Below are positions 1 to 16,679 of a stretch of 64,000 nt of DNA, one piece after another (position 1 is the first letter of the stretch; each line of letters starts with the position of its first letter). This DNA is from the human T2T-CHM13v2.0 reference genome, Homo sapiens. Both the position numbers and the translations under genes were made by a program. The stretch lies in assembly GCF_009914755.1 (NCBI RefSeq), contig NC_060933.1; one strand, written 5' to 3'. A model generated the notes under the pieces. It searched no databases and had not been told where the DNA came from. It saw only the letters and a program-made list of their open reading frames with translations.

Positions 1-195
1 AAGAACGCTGAACTTGGAATCCTAATGTGTGGACCAAACTACATGTTCTACTATTTACTATGTATAACATTGGCTAACTCACTTTTCCTCTCTGAACCAA
101 TTTTTGTACGAAAAAGTGAAAATTAAATAAGAGTATACATGAAGTATCTAAAACAGTGGGTGAACCAGTTAATGCTCAATATACTGATATTTGTT
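1..195 (+). mobile_element. MIR SINE, decayed
   Basis: Resembles MIR core and 3' end (ctatttactatgtataacattggctaactcactt...tctctgaacc; ...gttaatgctcaat). Confidence 0.6.
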
Positions 196-301
196 TGCCT
201 TTATGTTTGTCACTGTGGTCGCTCTCTGTGGGCACCAAGCATAGGAGAAAAAAAGTAGCAGAATATAGAGTTGCTGCAAAATGTTTGTTTGACAAGTAGA
301 A

Positions 302-431
302 GGCAGACGAGCCAGGTGAGATTAAGTTGTCTCAAACTGATTCAAGCCATCAGAACACAGACCAAACCCCAACCAAGATCAACAGCTTGAGTGTGGCCAT
401 GATCTGCAAGGCTCCAAGGCCACTCCCTCTA
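302..431 (+). repeat. 130-bp local direct repeat, copy 1
   Basis: Aligns gap-free to 1218-1347 with 11 mismatches (manual count). Confidence 0.95.
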
Positions 432-1217
432 CAAGCATAGAATATGAAAGTGGTGGTAGGCAACAAATGCCACTCCACACTCTTTTACCTGTCCATGGCA
501 TCCTTCATCTCTCCAGTGGCTTCCTCTCTTCCTCTGGGAAAGCATGCTCCTCATTCTGCTGCTCACACTCATCCCTGATTAGACACCCCATACCTGTGTC
601 GCTGCGAGCTTTCGTCCATGCATCTGCAGTGCACTGCCCTAGCCACTCTGCTCCTCTTTCCTGGTGTCTCCTTTGCCTGATCATAAGCCCCTGTAAAGCA
701 GAGAGAGACCATATTTTACTGTGCTCTGTGTATTCAGGACCTAGTGCTGTGTCTGGCATATTATGAGAATTCACTAAAAGTACATAATTATCTAAACGGA
801 ACTGAAAAGCACAGAGATGAAGGATTTTATAGATGAGATTGTTCAAGGTCATGGAGGCCACAAGTAGCAACAAATCATGGAATACATAGAAAAGGAATTC
901 AGAGGTAAATTGGCATTTTCTGAACAACAATTCATTGATGCTTTGTCCCAGGCACTTTCCATTACATTATTTATTTTTTAAGACAACTCATTGAGAGAGG
1001 TATTATTTTCACTATTTCAAGAACTCACAGAAATTGTATTTGTCTATGTATGGTGAACTCTCTAGGAAGTGTTAAAGCCAGGATTTGTCCCCAGAATTCT
1101 CTGATGTCTCAACCAATCCCTGCCATTACATGCATCCAGAGTCCACAAATAATCAATGCCCATTTTGTGTGAGGTGCAGTTCTATGCTGTGCCTTCCTTG
1201 AGGAAGGATGAATAGAT

Positions 1218-1347
1218 GGCAGATGAGCCAGGTGAGATTAAGTTGTCCCAAACTGATTCAAGTCATCACAACACAGACCAAACCCCAACCAATATAGACA
1301 GTGTGAATGTGGCCATGATCTGCAAGGCTCCAAGGCAACTCCCTCTA
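1218..1347 (+). repeat. 130-bp local direct repeat, copy 2
   Basis: Aligns gap-free to 302-431, about 92% identity. Confidence 0.95.
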
Positions 1348-4300
1348 TGGTGCAGAGAAGCTGTGACCCACTGTGCCTCCCAGTTATCTTTCTCAGCAAG
1401 TCCTTTGGACACTTTCCTGTCCCTGATACTGTATTGTTAATAGTCTCTGCATCACAAATCTGAAGAGAATGGAATCACATAGAAGCCACCTGTGTAACAA
1501 TCCCCACATCCAACACCCTTTTAATTCCATTCCCCTTTCTCCTAATTTAGGATATGACCCCCTGCATAGGCTATTGTTTCCAACCCCTCCCAAAGTCCTC
1601 TTTGCCCAAGTTACCTCTCCCAGTGAACAAGGCACAGGCTCCTCAGGTTTTCCTAAGGCATTGCCTGAAACTTTGAAACGTGTCATTCTCATCAGTGATC
1701 CCCAAAGACTCCTTAGTTTTACACTCCATACAACCTCTCTCCTACAAGCCTCTCTTACACGACCTTGCCTGCCCTTCAAGAACACATTTTTCTAAGGAAG
1801 CACCAGCCCCATGGAAATCCCCCTCATGACTCAGTCAGTAATGATCTTGTCCTCATCAGAATTCATAAGCTTCTCATCTATATGGATACAATGAAATTTC
1901 TGCTTTTCGAGAGCATCTGGTGTGTTGTGATATGCTTATTGTGTTATTATTTGAGTACTGAATTCAATGTTTGCGTGCACGTACCTTTTTCTATCTTCCT
2001 GCAGATGAAGGTCTCCGATGTTACCCACAATGAGTAGCAGGAGGCCATGCAGACAACAGGCAGCCAGATAAATAGGAGGAGAGACAGCACTGAATGCGCT
2101 CAATCACTAATTAATCTCTTTCCCTTTAAACGGTATTTTCATATTCTAGAGGAGGAGCTTTTTTCTCCAATCTCTCTAGGCTCCTGCCTCACGCCACAAA
2201 ATAGGATTTTGTAGTCACTCACAAGTAGAGGGGAGTCAGGATCTGCTTTTCTCTCAGTAGCTCCTTATTTCTCTTGACAGGAGATTAACACGTGGTGATG
2301 GGATCAGAATCTCTGGCCTTGCCAGCCACTTCATGAAGATCACAAGACATACGGGTCTTTGATCTGCTATTGCTGAACGTGGCCTGCTCACTAAGCAGGT
2401 CACCTCTGCCCTGTAAGTTTAATTCAGGTGAGAAATGGAAACAATCTCATTTTTGTATTGGATCCAAGAAGAATTCTCCAACTCAGCCTTATCAGCAATG
2501 AAGGAGATATTTTAATCTCTGACATTTGCACCGTTTGTCAACTTGTTGGAATCTGGGTGGAGGGAGAAGTGAATAAGGAACCGTTAGGCATGATGTAGAA
2601 TCTTCTCAAACATCTTGATTACTGTAGGATAATTAGACATTGTCTCAAAATACTTGCAATGATATTTGTGTTTAAAATTTGGAATTATATGATTCCTCCT
2701 CAGCATAAGCTACCACCTGAATAGCTATTTTTGTACTTGTGTTAGAAGAAACGATTTTCCATTCTAATATGCAACAGACCCAGAATTTCCACTTCTGCAT
2801 CCTAACTAATCACAAAGTGTCACTGCTAATTGCACAGACTCAGCTCCTCATGTGGACACAATCTAGTCCACGTATGTTGGCAGACTCCGCATTAGCTGGC
2901 TTTTGTCATACTCATGGCAGAGCGGAAATAACATGGGTGTAAATTAAAGAAATGCCCTTTCCAAGACACATCTCACTTTAAAATCCCTCCATCTCTAACA
3001 CAAAGCTTGTGAACTTTCCAAAGCGGGCCCATACACAGTTGCTGTTGCATGAAGGAGCACATTATATTATATCAGAGCTTTGTTTCTTTAGTAGAAGAAA
3101 CAGAGAATCCATTCCATCTGTGGAATGGGAACAATAAAATAAACTTTTCATATATTTTTGTGAGATTTTAAAGTAAAACACAACACTTTGCCTTCCTAGC
3201 AAACTGTACACATTAAATAAATAATGGTTGTCTTCTCTGCTGCTGGTTTGCTGTTTTTGTTGTTATGTAATCCTTTCAGAAAGCCATCCTCTTTGACAAC
3301 TTTCACATTGACTGGACTCATTCATGAGTTTGTTCACATAAAATTATTCCCTAACACTAGTCATAACAATGACAAAGAATCCATCAATGCAGAATTATTT
3401 TAATCATCAGAAAACAGTGGAAACTCTCCTTGTTCTTAATTTTATCTTTGAATCACAGCTGTTACTAATAACTCATACTTGTTACAATCATGTGTTTTTA
3501 TCATCAACCTCATTGTATGACAGAAGAATCATAGCTATCAAGAAAATCATTAAAGCAGGAGAGAACAGTCTTGATGGAGCCACATGGCAAACAGTGACAT
3601 AGTGCCCAGAGGACCAGAGGTAGTAGTACACGGAGCACCGCAGGGTAGACTTGGGCAAGGGGGCCGGCACCAAGCAGCTTGCTGGCTGCATTTGCTCCTC
3701 CTCCTGGCTTCAACACGAGTGGGAGGAGGCCCCATGGAGCAGGCATGGCTGGTCAGAGACCTGGGTTCTGCTTACAGCTCTTCCCTCCCACCTGAGATGC
3801 TAGGCAAGTCAACGCTCCCACTGAAGCCTGTATCCACCACCCACACTCCCTTAAAGGGCTGCAGTTGGTTTCATGGTGGATAATATAAAACTGCCCTGAA
3901 AGAGATCAGGATGGCACCAATATAATCACTCCATATTGACACTGGCCCTGTCAGAGCCCCAATTTCCAGGAATGTAGAAGGTTGGGCCCAGGTGGCTCTG
4001 GGAACACCGGACAGCCAGAGCTCAGGGGCCAGCTGGGGGCGACAATTTTGAGAAAAATTCATTAATATGAATTATCAGTAATTCCCAGAAAATCATTTCC
4101 GCATAAAGGAGAAAAGGAAACTTAAATGGATGCTCTCTGCCAGGTTTTAAATAGTGCTGCTCTTGAATTGTGTAGATTCTGTGGCGTTCCAGTAAAATCA
4201 TTTTCAGGAAAGTTGCAGCAGGATTCTTTCGAACCAAGAGTGATGTGGAGCCTTTTCAAAAAATAAATAAAAGCCACAATTGAAGTGGTGATGTTAGCCA

Positions 4301-4822
4301 CTTTGTCTCTTATTTTGCTGGGAATATGTCTAATGTTTGCCTATCAAGACAAAGCTATTGGCAAGCTTCTTTAAAATGTACCTTTCTGATACCAGCATGA
4401 TAACTGTTAGTCACGAAGGCATGTAGAATTTTACCAACTGTTTTTGCAAATCTGTAGCAACTCACGTGGCTTTTAAAAAAAACTCTTGAGTGGAGTTAGG
4501 GGTGGTGTGACAACCGAAAAAGACTCTGACACCATAGCCTCAGCCCTCCTGCAGCAAGAACCAGCCAATGCTTTGCCATATTGTCCCCATCTCTCATCAG
4601 GAAATGCCCCCCGCCACAAGTTTCTTTCTTGTATTACATCTGAAACTTTTACTACGTTTACTATTTTGCATTAACATAATTTCTATTACTCATGTGTTAT
4701 TATTCACTTTTTTCTTACATCTGAGTTAATTTTGACAGCACATCTTCTTCAAAACCATTAGTTTTATGCAGACTTGCCAGTTATTCCTGTAGCGTTATAC
4801 AAAAAAACCTTATTGCTTTTTA

Positions 4823-4901
4823 TTAGGTAGGTGCAAAAGTAACTGTGGTTTTTGCCATTACTTTCAATGTAATAAAACTATTACATTTTGTATCAACCTA
4901 A
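4823..4901. mobile_element. MADE1 (Hsmar1-derived MITE)
   Basis: TTAGGTAGGTGCAAAAGTAACTGTGGTTTTTGCCATTACTTTCAATG...TTTTGTATCAACCTAA, near-palindromic, flanked by TA on both sides. Confidence 0.9.
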
Positions 4902-5279
4902 TAATCCTATTATTGCTGCATATTAATATATGACCGTTATTATTTCTGAAGTGTGGTTTTTCTTTCATTTTAAATGGCTTGTCAAAGGTTTTCGCTCCTT
5001 GATTATTTCAAGCAATATAAATAACCAAAATACAAGTAACTTCGTATTTTTAAATAAAATTACCACTATTTTCTATACGATTTCATCATTTTGGGTCTTC
5101 ATCTATATGAAGTTTTTATTCTACTTTTTTCTGTTTATTTTATTTTGGATTTCTTCTCTTTGGTTCTGTTTATTCTTAGAGGATCATGGTGCTCCTGGCC
5201 TAGGTCCCCAGTGCAGCTGAGACCTGCTGGGGATGAAGAATGGCTGGAGACGCTGCCACTTCTGGCCAGAAAAATATAG

Positions 5280-7000
5280 ATAATGACATCTAAATCGTAA
5301 ACAGGTATACTAAATAGCAGCTTAGATATCTCTGAAGGGAGAAGTGGTGGAATAAAAATACAACAGTCTGAACTACGTGAGGTTCATCACAGAGACAACA
5401 AAGAAAAAAAGAAGAAAGGGTAGGAGGTAAGGAGGATAAAATGAGAAAATACAACATAACTCTAATTAAGAAAAAAACAGTATTTTAAGCAATAGTATCT
5501 GAGAATGTTCCAGAACTAATAACATGAATCCTTGCTTTTAAAAAGGTATGTCAAGCCCCAAACAGAATAAATAATACTAAGTCCATACCTAGATATATTG
5601 AAGCAAAACTGTAGAACATCAAAATGAATGAGCCAATTATGTACAAAGGCCATTAACTGGACAGACAGCTGACTGCCTTTTCAACAACAATGGAGGAAAA
5701 TTTCAGTAGTTCAAAAATCTTTAAATTGCTGAGGAAAATAACTGTTAGCCTAGAATTTAAAAACAGCAAGAGAAAAAAAAAAGAACATTTTCAGACATAC
5801 AAAGACTTAAGAGGAATATGGAAAAAGTTGAGCACATAGTAGAGAGTAGAACAGTGCTTACCAGAAGCTGGGGTTATTAGCAGGGAGCAGAGGATGGGGA
5901 GATGTTGGTCAAAGGATATAGGATCACAGATAGGAGGAATACATTTCAACAGATAGGCTGTACCACAAGGTGACTAAAGTTAATGATGATATAATGTATG
6001 CCTGAAAAATGTGAAGAAAGTGGATGTCATGTGCTGTCACCAAAAACATAATAACCGTGTGTGGTAATGTATTTGTTGATGATGAGATTAAACCATTCCA
6101 CAATGTATATACATGCTTCAAAGCATCATGTTGTACATGATAAAAATGTACAATGTTATCTGTCGATTTTTTTAAAAGTGCAAGGGTAACCTAGATACGG
6201 AACAATCAGACTATTCTAGAATAAGAGGTGACTTCTGGTTTAATGCTTACTGGGTAAACTATGGAATGCGCAGGAAAAAAGACTTTATCCAAAAGAAGAT
6301 AAGGAAAAAGAAAACAAACAAACAATGCAACGTGGAAGAGGAAAAAGGATATTAAAAGAAAACCCACCATACATGATAGTTAATTTGGGGTATATTGGAA
6401 TCACCATAAATAGAAATGCACTCAAGGTCATCTATTAAAAGACAGAAAGCATCTTACTGGATATATTAAGCGTAGCTATAAGCTGATTGAAGGAGCCCTG
6501 TTATATATACACACAGAGAAAAAAAATAATAAAGTGGTGGAATAAAAAATACTATATCAGTATTGACCAAAAAACCAGTATGGTAATGTTAATAACAGAC
6601 AAAATAGATTTTATGTCAAAAAGCAATAACAATCACTACATATTAATACATGGAAAAATCCGCCCAGTATCCATGTTAGTCACATTTATATGCACTTAAT
6701 ATTTACAACCTTTAAATACATACAGCAAAACCTGCCAGAAATTTAAGGAGAAATGGACCAACCCACAATCATAATAGGAGATTTTTAATGGACTAATTTC
6801 AGAAATGGGTAGAAAAATCAGAATACACTGGAAATACTATAGACTGTTGGGATAGCAAAATCGATAAGTTTGGTTTGATGAAAATGTACATCACAAAGTA
6901 CTCTAATAAATGAAAATATATAATATTTTAAGTATGTAAAGATTTTTTATAAATATTGGCAAAATATTCTTAAAATGAAACTTAACTGAGCAATTAAAAT
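5280..7000 (+). mobile_element. Old L1M fragments (ORF1 and ORF2-EN remnants) with an L1MA 3' end at ~5820-6175
   Basis: A-rich L1-like sequence; L1MA 3'UTR motifs (gagagtagaacagtgcttaccagaagctggg...ttgtacatgataaaaatgtacaat). Confidence 0.7.
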
Positions 7001-7717
7001 GAATTCTAGAGATTCCTGGATCAACATGTACAAATTTCAAAAACAATTTTAAGAGAAAAGAGCAAGTTTCTTTGTCCACACTGTATGATATTATTTATAT
7101 AAAAGATAAAAGCCTGCAAAAGAATGCAGTGCATTCTTGTATACATATACATATATATGTGCATGTATGTGTGTATGCCTATAGATGTATATAAACATAT
7201 ATGTTTATATAAACATATATGCATGAAGTTATACATGGGGATAGAATAAATGGAACTGGATCTCTGATAGAAACACTGTGAGCCTCGATTTTATATCTAG
7301 TTTTAATATTTGTAAAATCTAAAACAAAACAAATACAATTTTATATTAAGATTTTGTAGTTTGGTGGCATGTAGATATAAGTTTATTTTTTTCTATTCAT
7401 GTTCGCTTCAACAGCATTTATACTTATATAATTCTATGCTATTCATTATATACTATTTATGCTTGTGTAAATGCATGCTTATCATAAAAATTCCTTGAGA
7501 AGCCTGAAATGGTCAAGTTATAAGATAAAAATAAAAACTATCTTGCAAACAAGAAATATCTGACCTTGAATGATTAACTTAGTTACTTTTTGCAATTCTG
7601 TTTAACTCAGTGAATCCCAAGTTCTATATCCTCTATCTCTACCTGAATGAAAATTTGATTTTCCAACCAGCATCAATGTTAAGCATGCAACTCTAATGTT
7701 CTTTTAATTTCCTTATG

Positions 7718-8075
7718 TGTATGAGTCTGTTCTGACACTGCTATAAAGACATACTGGAGACTGAGTAATTTACAAAGAAAAGAGGTTTAACTGACTCAGA
7801 GTTACACATGGCTGGGGTGCCCTCAGGAAACTTAAAATCCTGGCAGAAGGCCCCTCTTCACAGGGCAGCAGGAGAGAAAAAGAGAACCATTAGGAGAAAT
7901 GTCAGACACTTATAAAACCGTCAGATCTTGTAAGCACTTGCTCATTATCATGAGAACAGCATGGGGGAAACCGTCCCCATGATTCAATTATCTCCACCTG
8001 GTCCCACCCTTGGCACTTGGGGATTATTATAATTCAAGGTGAGATTTGGGTGGGGACAACAGAGTTCCCATACCA
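7718..8075 (-). mobile_element. MaLR solo LTR (THE1D/MSTA type)
   Basis: ctataaagacatactggagactgagtaatttacaaagaaaagaggtttaactgactca...gagatttgggtggggaca; TTATG on both flanks. Confidence 0.85.
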
Positions 8076-9635
8076 TTATGAGAACATAAAATTTAAAAAG
8101 TGGAACAAATTCGATTAATGTTTATTGTTTCTGAAAGTAAACTTTCATGTTCATCCCCTTTGAGAGAAACAGTCAAACAGGTAAAGAGAGGGCTAGATGG
8201 AGCTTGCCGCTCACCAGCTGGAGTGTGCTTCTTAGTCCCCAATTTAGAGACAGCAGGTTCCTATGCTGAAAGCTTTCTGTGCGTTTCAGAGAGATGTTTA
8301 TAATTATCCAGTGTTAGGGCAGCAGCAGCCCCATTCCACATCGTGATGTTGTAGTGGCGCCAAGGTTTTATCAGTCTTCAGTATTTCTGGAAGATTTCAA
8401 TTTAGAAAACCGAGAAATGATTTTTCTCCCCTTGTGATTGAATTCATTTCCCCAATTAACAAATATACGCCAGTGGAAATTACATAAGTTCAATAAAATA
8501 CAATTTTTGTACTTCAATTATGGAGCTATTGTTTCCTCCTATGAAAATACCTTGTCTCCTCTCAATATTACATTGAACCTCCTCCTCTCCCAAAATAAGA
8601 TTTCCCTACTAAAATATTGAAAACTAAATTTCCAACATGTGAATGAACAAAGCCAGTTAAGGATAATAGCTGGAGCTGGATATGATAAGGCAAAAATTTC
8701 TGGTTTGTGTAATCAATCCTGTTACCAATTCTACTAAAATCCCAGACCTGATTGATCATTAGCATTTACTGAGGATTCTTTGTTGCCAATTGAAACTACC
8801 TGAATGAGAACCTCTGAGTGGTGGGAACCATGAATTTTGGTTTTTAATAAGGCCCTGAGAACATCTTGGTGATTGTCTATGTTGGCCATGGTTCTCACCT
8901 AGACAATGTGTAAATTAATTTGATTGTGCTAATCATTACACAATGTACATGTATATCAAATCATCATGTTGTATATTTTAAATATATACAATTCTTTATT
9001 TGTGAATTAAATATATCTTTAAAATCTCAGTGTCAAGGCCATGATTACATCAATTAAATTGGATGTGCTGGGAACGGAACCAGGCACTGGCAGTTTCAAA
9101 GTCCTTCAAGTGATTCCAGGGTTTCACAAAGACTAAGAATCATTATACTGGTTCAAAAACATTTTTTAAATGCCAAAACTATAGTTTGGGTTGCAATGAC
9201 AAGAAGACTTATCTACCTCCAATGCAGTGCAAATAGAAATATTTAAATTATCTCTTTAAAAAAGTATTTTTTTTCAACTTTTTATCCTGTCTCCTAATCC
9301 CAGCAACAGGATGTTTCACTATTCCTTGTAGTTTCTTATGAAGACGCATTAAAAAGTTACCACTCATTTTCTGTTATATACGTCAATAGCCATATAGTCT
9401 ATAACCAGGTTTCTCCTAAGAGGAATAAAACATGCTAAACTTTTTTTCTGTCAATAATCATGCTTCAGCTGAAAAATTGTTAAAATAAAAATTAAGCATT
9501 TGCAAAACTGTTTTTAAGGAAGATTCAGAGATATGCAAATATCTAGGCACAATTTGATACCATGTTCATGTTAAAAGTATAACTTTCAAAAGTGAAAAAA
9601 AAAATGACCATCAAACAAATATAAAATGAATGCAG

Positions 9636-10636
<1,001 letters not shown>

Positions 10637-11252
10637 TGTTGTGAGTAATTTTTAAAATATCTATATATCAGCCACTACTTAACTACATTTTCCTTAAGCA
10701 ACTTTAAATGAAAACATTTTACAAAGTTAAAATACAGATACTCATACATCGCTAGGTGAGGACCACCCTCTCTCCCTTTAGGTCCTGACTTGGCCTTAAA
10801 CTTCCCAGCATAGCCTAAGAAAGTCACTACCGAACACGAATCAGACTGGGCGCAGGTGACCTAACCTTTCCGTGTGAGTATTAAGGTGTGCTTTCGCTCC
10901 TGGGTAGAAACACTTCCTGGTGTCACATGGAGTTCAATGGAGCTGACGCAACTTTCTTCCTGCTGCCACTCAACTTGAGAAAGCTCATGCCTATAAGTGC
11001 TGAACTCAGGGAGGCAATTCCAGGTTTGTTCCTCAGTTCTCCAAGAGCCACCTCCTGCTTTATGTGGCTCAAAAGACTGAGGAAGCAGAAAGAACATGCC
11101 AGACTCTCAATCAGCTTGCAGCGAGCCTTCGACTCCAAGCTTCCCGATGGGAGAGCAACAGGCGTCCCAAACAATTCAGTTTCCTTAGTCTCAAACACTA
11201 CTTTATTAATTAATTAAGTTGCACTTACACAGTCTGTATGAGTTAAAGATAA

Positions 11253-11617
<365 letters not shown>

Positions 11618-11744
11618 TGCTTTTATTTTTTAACTTCATCCAACCTACTCTTTACTTACTGTTTGCATGCATTATCCCTATTGATTTAATTCATCTTAGG
11701 GGCAGATTACTCATTGCCCCACAGTGAATATTAAGTTTTAATGG

Positions 11745-12588
11745 TGTAAGCTAAAAATAAAATCCTAAGCCCCTGACAGACTGAACAGACTCCCTGTTGA
11801 CCAAGGAGACCCCAGAAAATCTAAGGTGAATTAAATCTTATAATCTCTATGTTAACATTAATGATAGTAGCTTGTGCCTAAACTCCAAAAGGTGGAAAGT
11901 GTAACGAGGCATGTCTGACCGCCCTTCCTGTCATGGCCAGGAATTCAGTTTTTAATGTTTTTCTGGGATCTCCATGACCAACAGGGAGTCTGTTCAGTTG
12001 GCTGGGGGCTTAGGATCTTATTTTTAGCTTACACCACTAAAATTAAATATTAAACAGACTCTTTGTGGCAATAAGACAGCAAATCATAAAAAAGACCTAA
12101 AGCTATGTAAGGAAAGAGTTGAGTCATGCCCTGCAAACCATAAAATCTTGTTAAATGGGTTTTTTAATTAACCGAGTATAATGTGGCTTACTTTCCAACC
12201 TGACTCTAGTATAACATCATATGGCAGATAGCAGACCCCCTTATCTTAAGCACTTCTTGCTACTGACTTGAAGTCTTCAGACAAAGCTTAACTCTTTCAA
12301 CCCATTGTCAACTAAAGAATCTCTAAAACCCACCTATACCTTCTAAGCCTCCATTTCAAGATGCCCTGCCTTTTTGGGCTTAACCAAGGTATGCTTTTCA
12401 TGTATTGATTTATAATTTTACCTACAATTTCTGTCTCCCTAAAATGCATAAAACCAAATTGTAACCCCACTGCCTAGGGAACACTTACTCAAGGCTTTTG
12501 AGTTTGTGTTTTCTCCAGGCTGCAGTCACTTATATTGGCTCAGAATAAATTCTTTAAAATATTTCAGTGTTTGGTTTTTTCATTAACA
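11745..12588 (+). mobile_element. MER4-group (MER4D/E-like) ERV1 solo LTR with internal inversion
   Basis: TGTAAGCTAAAAATAAAATCCTAAGCCCC...TTAACA termini, 4-bp TSD ATGG (11741-44 and 12589-92), ccaacctgactctagtataacatca motif. Confidence 0.8.
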
Positions 12589-12689
12589 ATGGAGACTCAC
12601 TGCAAGCTAAAAAAGTGGAGAATTTCCTCGTAATGTGAGGTGGACTTAAATAGAAGTATTTCAGCAGCAGCCCCAAATTTCTTTTGACA

Positions 12690-13050
12690 GACACCCCCCA
12701 CCACACCCTCACCTACCATCACTTCCCTCACTGTATCTCTCATTCTCGTCCCTTTTCTCTTGCCTTCCTCCACCACCTGCACTCTTCCTTGTCCCTCAGT
12801 CTGATGCTTGTTTCCCCTAGTACCCCTTCTTTCTCCTCCCCACTGTCACTCCCAGCTGCCCTTCCTGGGACTCCTCTCCCTGCTGTTGCTTCACCTTCCC
12901 CCGTCTTGACACCCCCTTTTCCTCCTCACTCCAATATCTCCTCTCACTTCCATGCCCTTTCTGCTCAGACGAGCTCCCTTCCTGGACCTGTGCTTCTCCC
13001 AGACCCCATCTGGACCTGCCCTGCTCCTCCACTCTCCTGTGCCCTCCCCA
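12690..13050. repeat. CT-rich low-complexity tract
   Basis: Strong pyrimidine bias on the + strand; explains the Pro/Ser-rich ORF. Confidence 0.7.
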
Positions 13051-13148
13051 GCCTTGCCAGCAGGCAGGCATTTCACTCAGACTTCCCATCTGGGCTTGAT
13101 TTACTCAGACGTCTGATGGTTACGTCACTGAACAACTTTTCTGAATCA

Positions 13149-13544
<396 letters not shown>

Positions 13545-14223
13545 CTAATATTAACACCTCATCGGAACTGGTAAGTAGCAAAACTACTGGAAAACCCACT
13601 AGCCTAGGATAGAATAAAAATCTGACCCTCAGTGATAAAGAATTGACTTCAGACTTCTAGGAAGGATACCAACACAGAAGCCTGCTTGCAAATCTCCTTA
13701 AAATGAATTTTGAAGAAGATAATTTCCTCTACTCTAACTAGGAAATGACTAAAACTTCATACTGGCAACTTCTCAGCACATTGCGCCTGATATAATAATG
13801 TTTTGAAGCAAATTGAAAGAAACTGTTTGGAGCTGATAAAATCCTCATGATGCCAAGCATAAGCTCAATGGATCCCTGAAGGCACCCCTACCCCAGCAGT
13901 GGGAGCTGACCTTTTGTTTAAGAAAATAATTATTCTTGACACTTGTTAAGGGACTGAAAGGCAAACTTTATTCCGGGGACTACTACAGTAGGGCTTTGCA
14001 GTGAAGAGAGAGATTGGACTCAACTATGAATACAAGAAGGAAAACTTGGGGGTGTATAGACAAGGATCAAAGTGGGGGTGGGGGTGAATTAAAAATTATT
14101 AAGAGGGTGGGGTAATGCTTTGCTAAACTGATCTAACAGGATCTATCTGAGAGCAGGCCCAGGGTAACCAGAGATCACCTGGGGGTAGTGAGCATGAGGA
14201 ATTTGATCAGATGTGGATAGTGA

Positions 14224-15266
<1,043 letters not shown>

Positions 15267-15799
15267 GGGATCAGATTTTGATGGTGGCAGATTCTGGCTA
15301 AATGGGTTTGACAGAATTACGGCTAACACTGGGCTATTGAGAACATACCCAAAGATGAGGTCCAGTTGAAAATGAGCAGAGAAGACCCTGAGGTGAGTTT
15401 GGTCAAGAAGAGAATCTTTGTCAGGGGTCAAATGCAATATATGAACACGGAATGGACACCCATTAGAGAAGGACACCTTAGTTCAGATTGGCAGTGAGTG
15501 AACTTAGAGAGGGACCAGGAAAGGAGCGATTTTAAATTAGTCTGTCTCCTAAAATTAACTTGAAAAGTGTGATTGGAGCCAAGTCAACAATCCATCTGCT
15601 GATCAAAGGCGGCCCTGCAAAAGAAAGCACTCACTGACCCACTCAGCAAAAACCCTATGAACTGTGATCAATTGCTGTAAACTAGACTTTACACATGCAA
15701 CCTGCTCCACTGAAAGTGGGGTCAAAAAGAGCCCACACCCAAAAGCAACTGGTTATACCAAAAGATGCTTAGACTCTCCAGTGTTTACAGAAAATGATA

Positions 15800-16440
15800 C
15801 CTAAGTAAGAAGGAAACATTTGTCACCCATCCATTGGCAAAAATTAAAATCATTAATAAGCCCTAATAATAGAAAGGATGCAAGCACTGGTACTCTCTTC
15901 ACGAAGTATTGGTGGTTCTGTAAATGGTAGAAACTCATTGGGAAGTAGTATTACTCTGGGTACCACGTCATGAAACAGGCTTGCCATTTATAGAATAATT
16001 TCACTCCCAGAATTGTCCTTAGAAATTAATTGCACATGAGTTAATAGAAACAAGTGCATGAATACTTATTGCAGCTGTGAATATGGAAGTGCTTATACAG
16101 CAGAGTCTGCATCTTGTCTATGGAATACACTAGGTAGCTGTTGGAGAGAAACAGGCAGATATTTTTATATCAAACAAAGTATCTTGCTAAGACATATTGT
16201 AAACTGGAGAGTTTTAGAATAATATATATTCATGTAAAATGCATTTGTAGATGCATAAATACATAAATATGTACGCACATTCATTAGAGTAAAAGAGGGT
16301 GATCCCAACCAAATTTGTGGCTATGGAAACTTCCAGGCAGACTAAAACTGAGAATTGAAGAGGAAATTTCTACTTTTCTATATTTTTCTTTTGTATATGG
16401 ATTTTTTGCGTATTTCATAAAACTAAAACACATTTATGAA
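15800..16440 (+). mobile_element. Old L1ME 3' fragment
   Basis: L1 ORF2 C-terminal/3'UTR-like motifs (ccattggcaaaaattaaaa, ggtggttctgtaaatggta). Confidence 0.55.
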
Positions 16441-16679
16441 TGACATTTATAACAAAAAGGGAAAAACAGAAATTAATTGACAGTAGAAAAAGAGGTTTGA
16501 CAAATTCATCACTTCTTTTTTTCAAAATCTAATAAAACAAATCACAATACTAATCAGAATAAAAGATAATAAAAATATACAAAACATAAAAAACCTAAAA
16601 CATTTTAAAATTTAAAATAGCTAAAGTTCAGCAACTATTAAACTATTTTAACAGAATACTTTGTAGAAAGCTATAATAA

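Noticed and set aside
3584-3883. 99-aa ATG ORF in GC-richer unique DNA
   Set aside because: No recognisable homology or exon structure; length compatible with chance.
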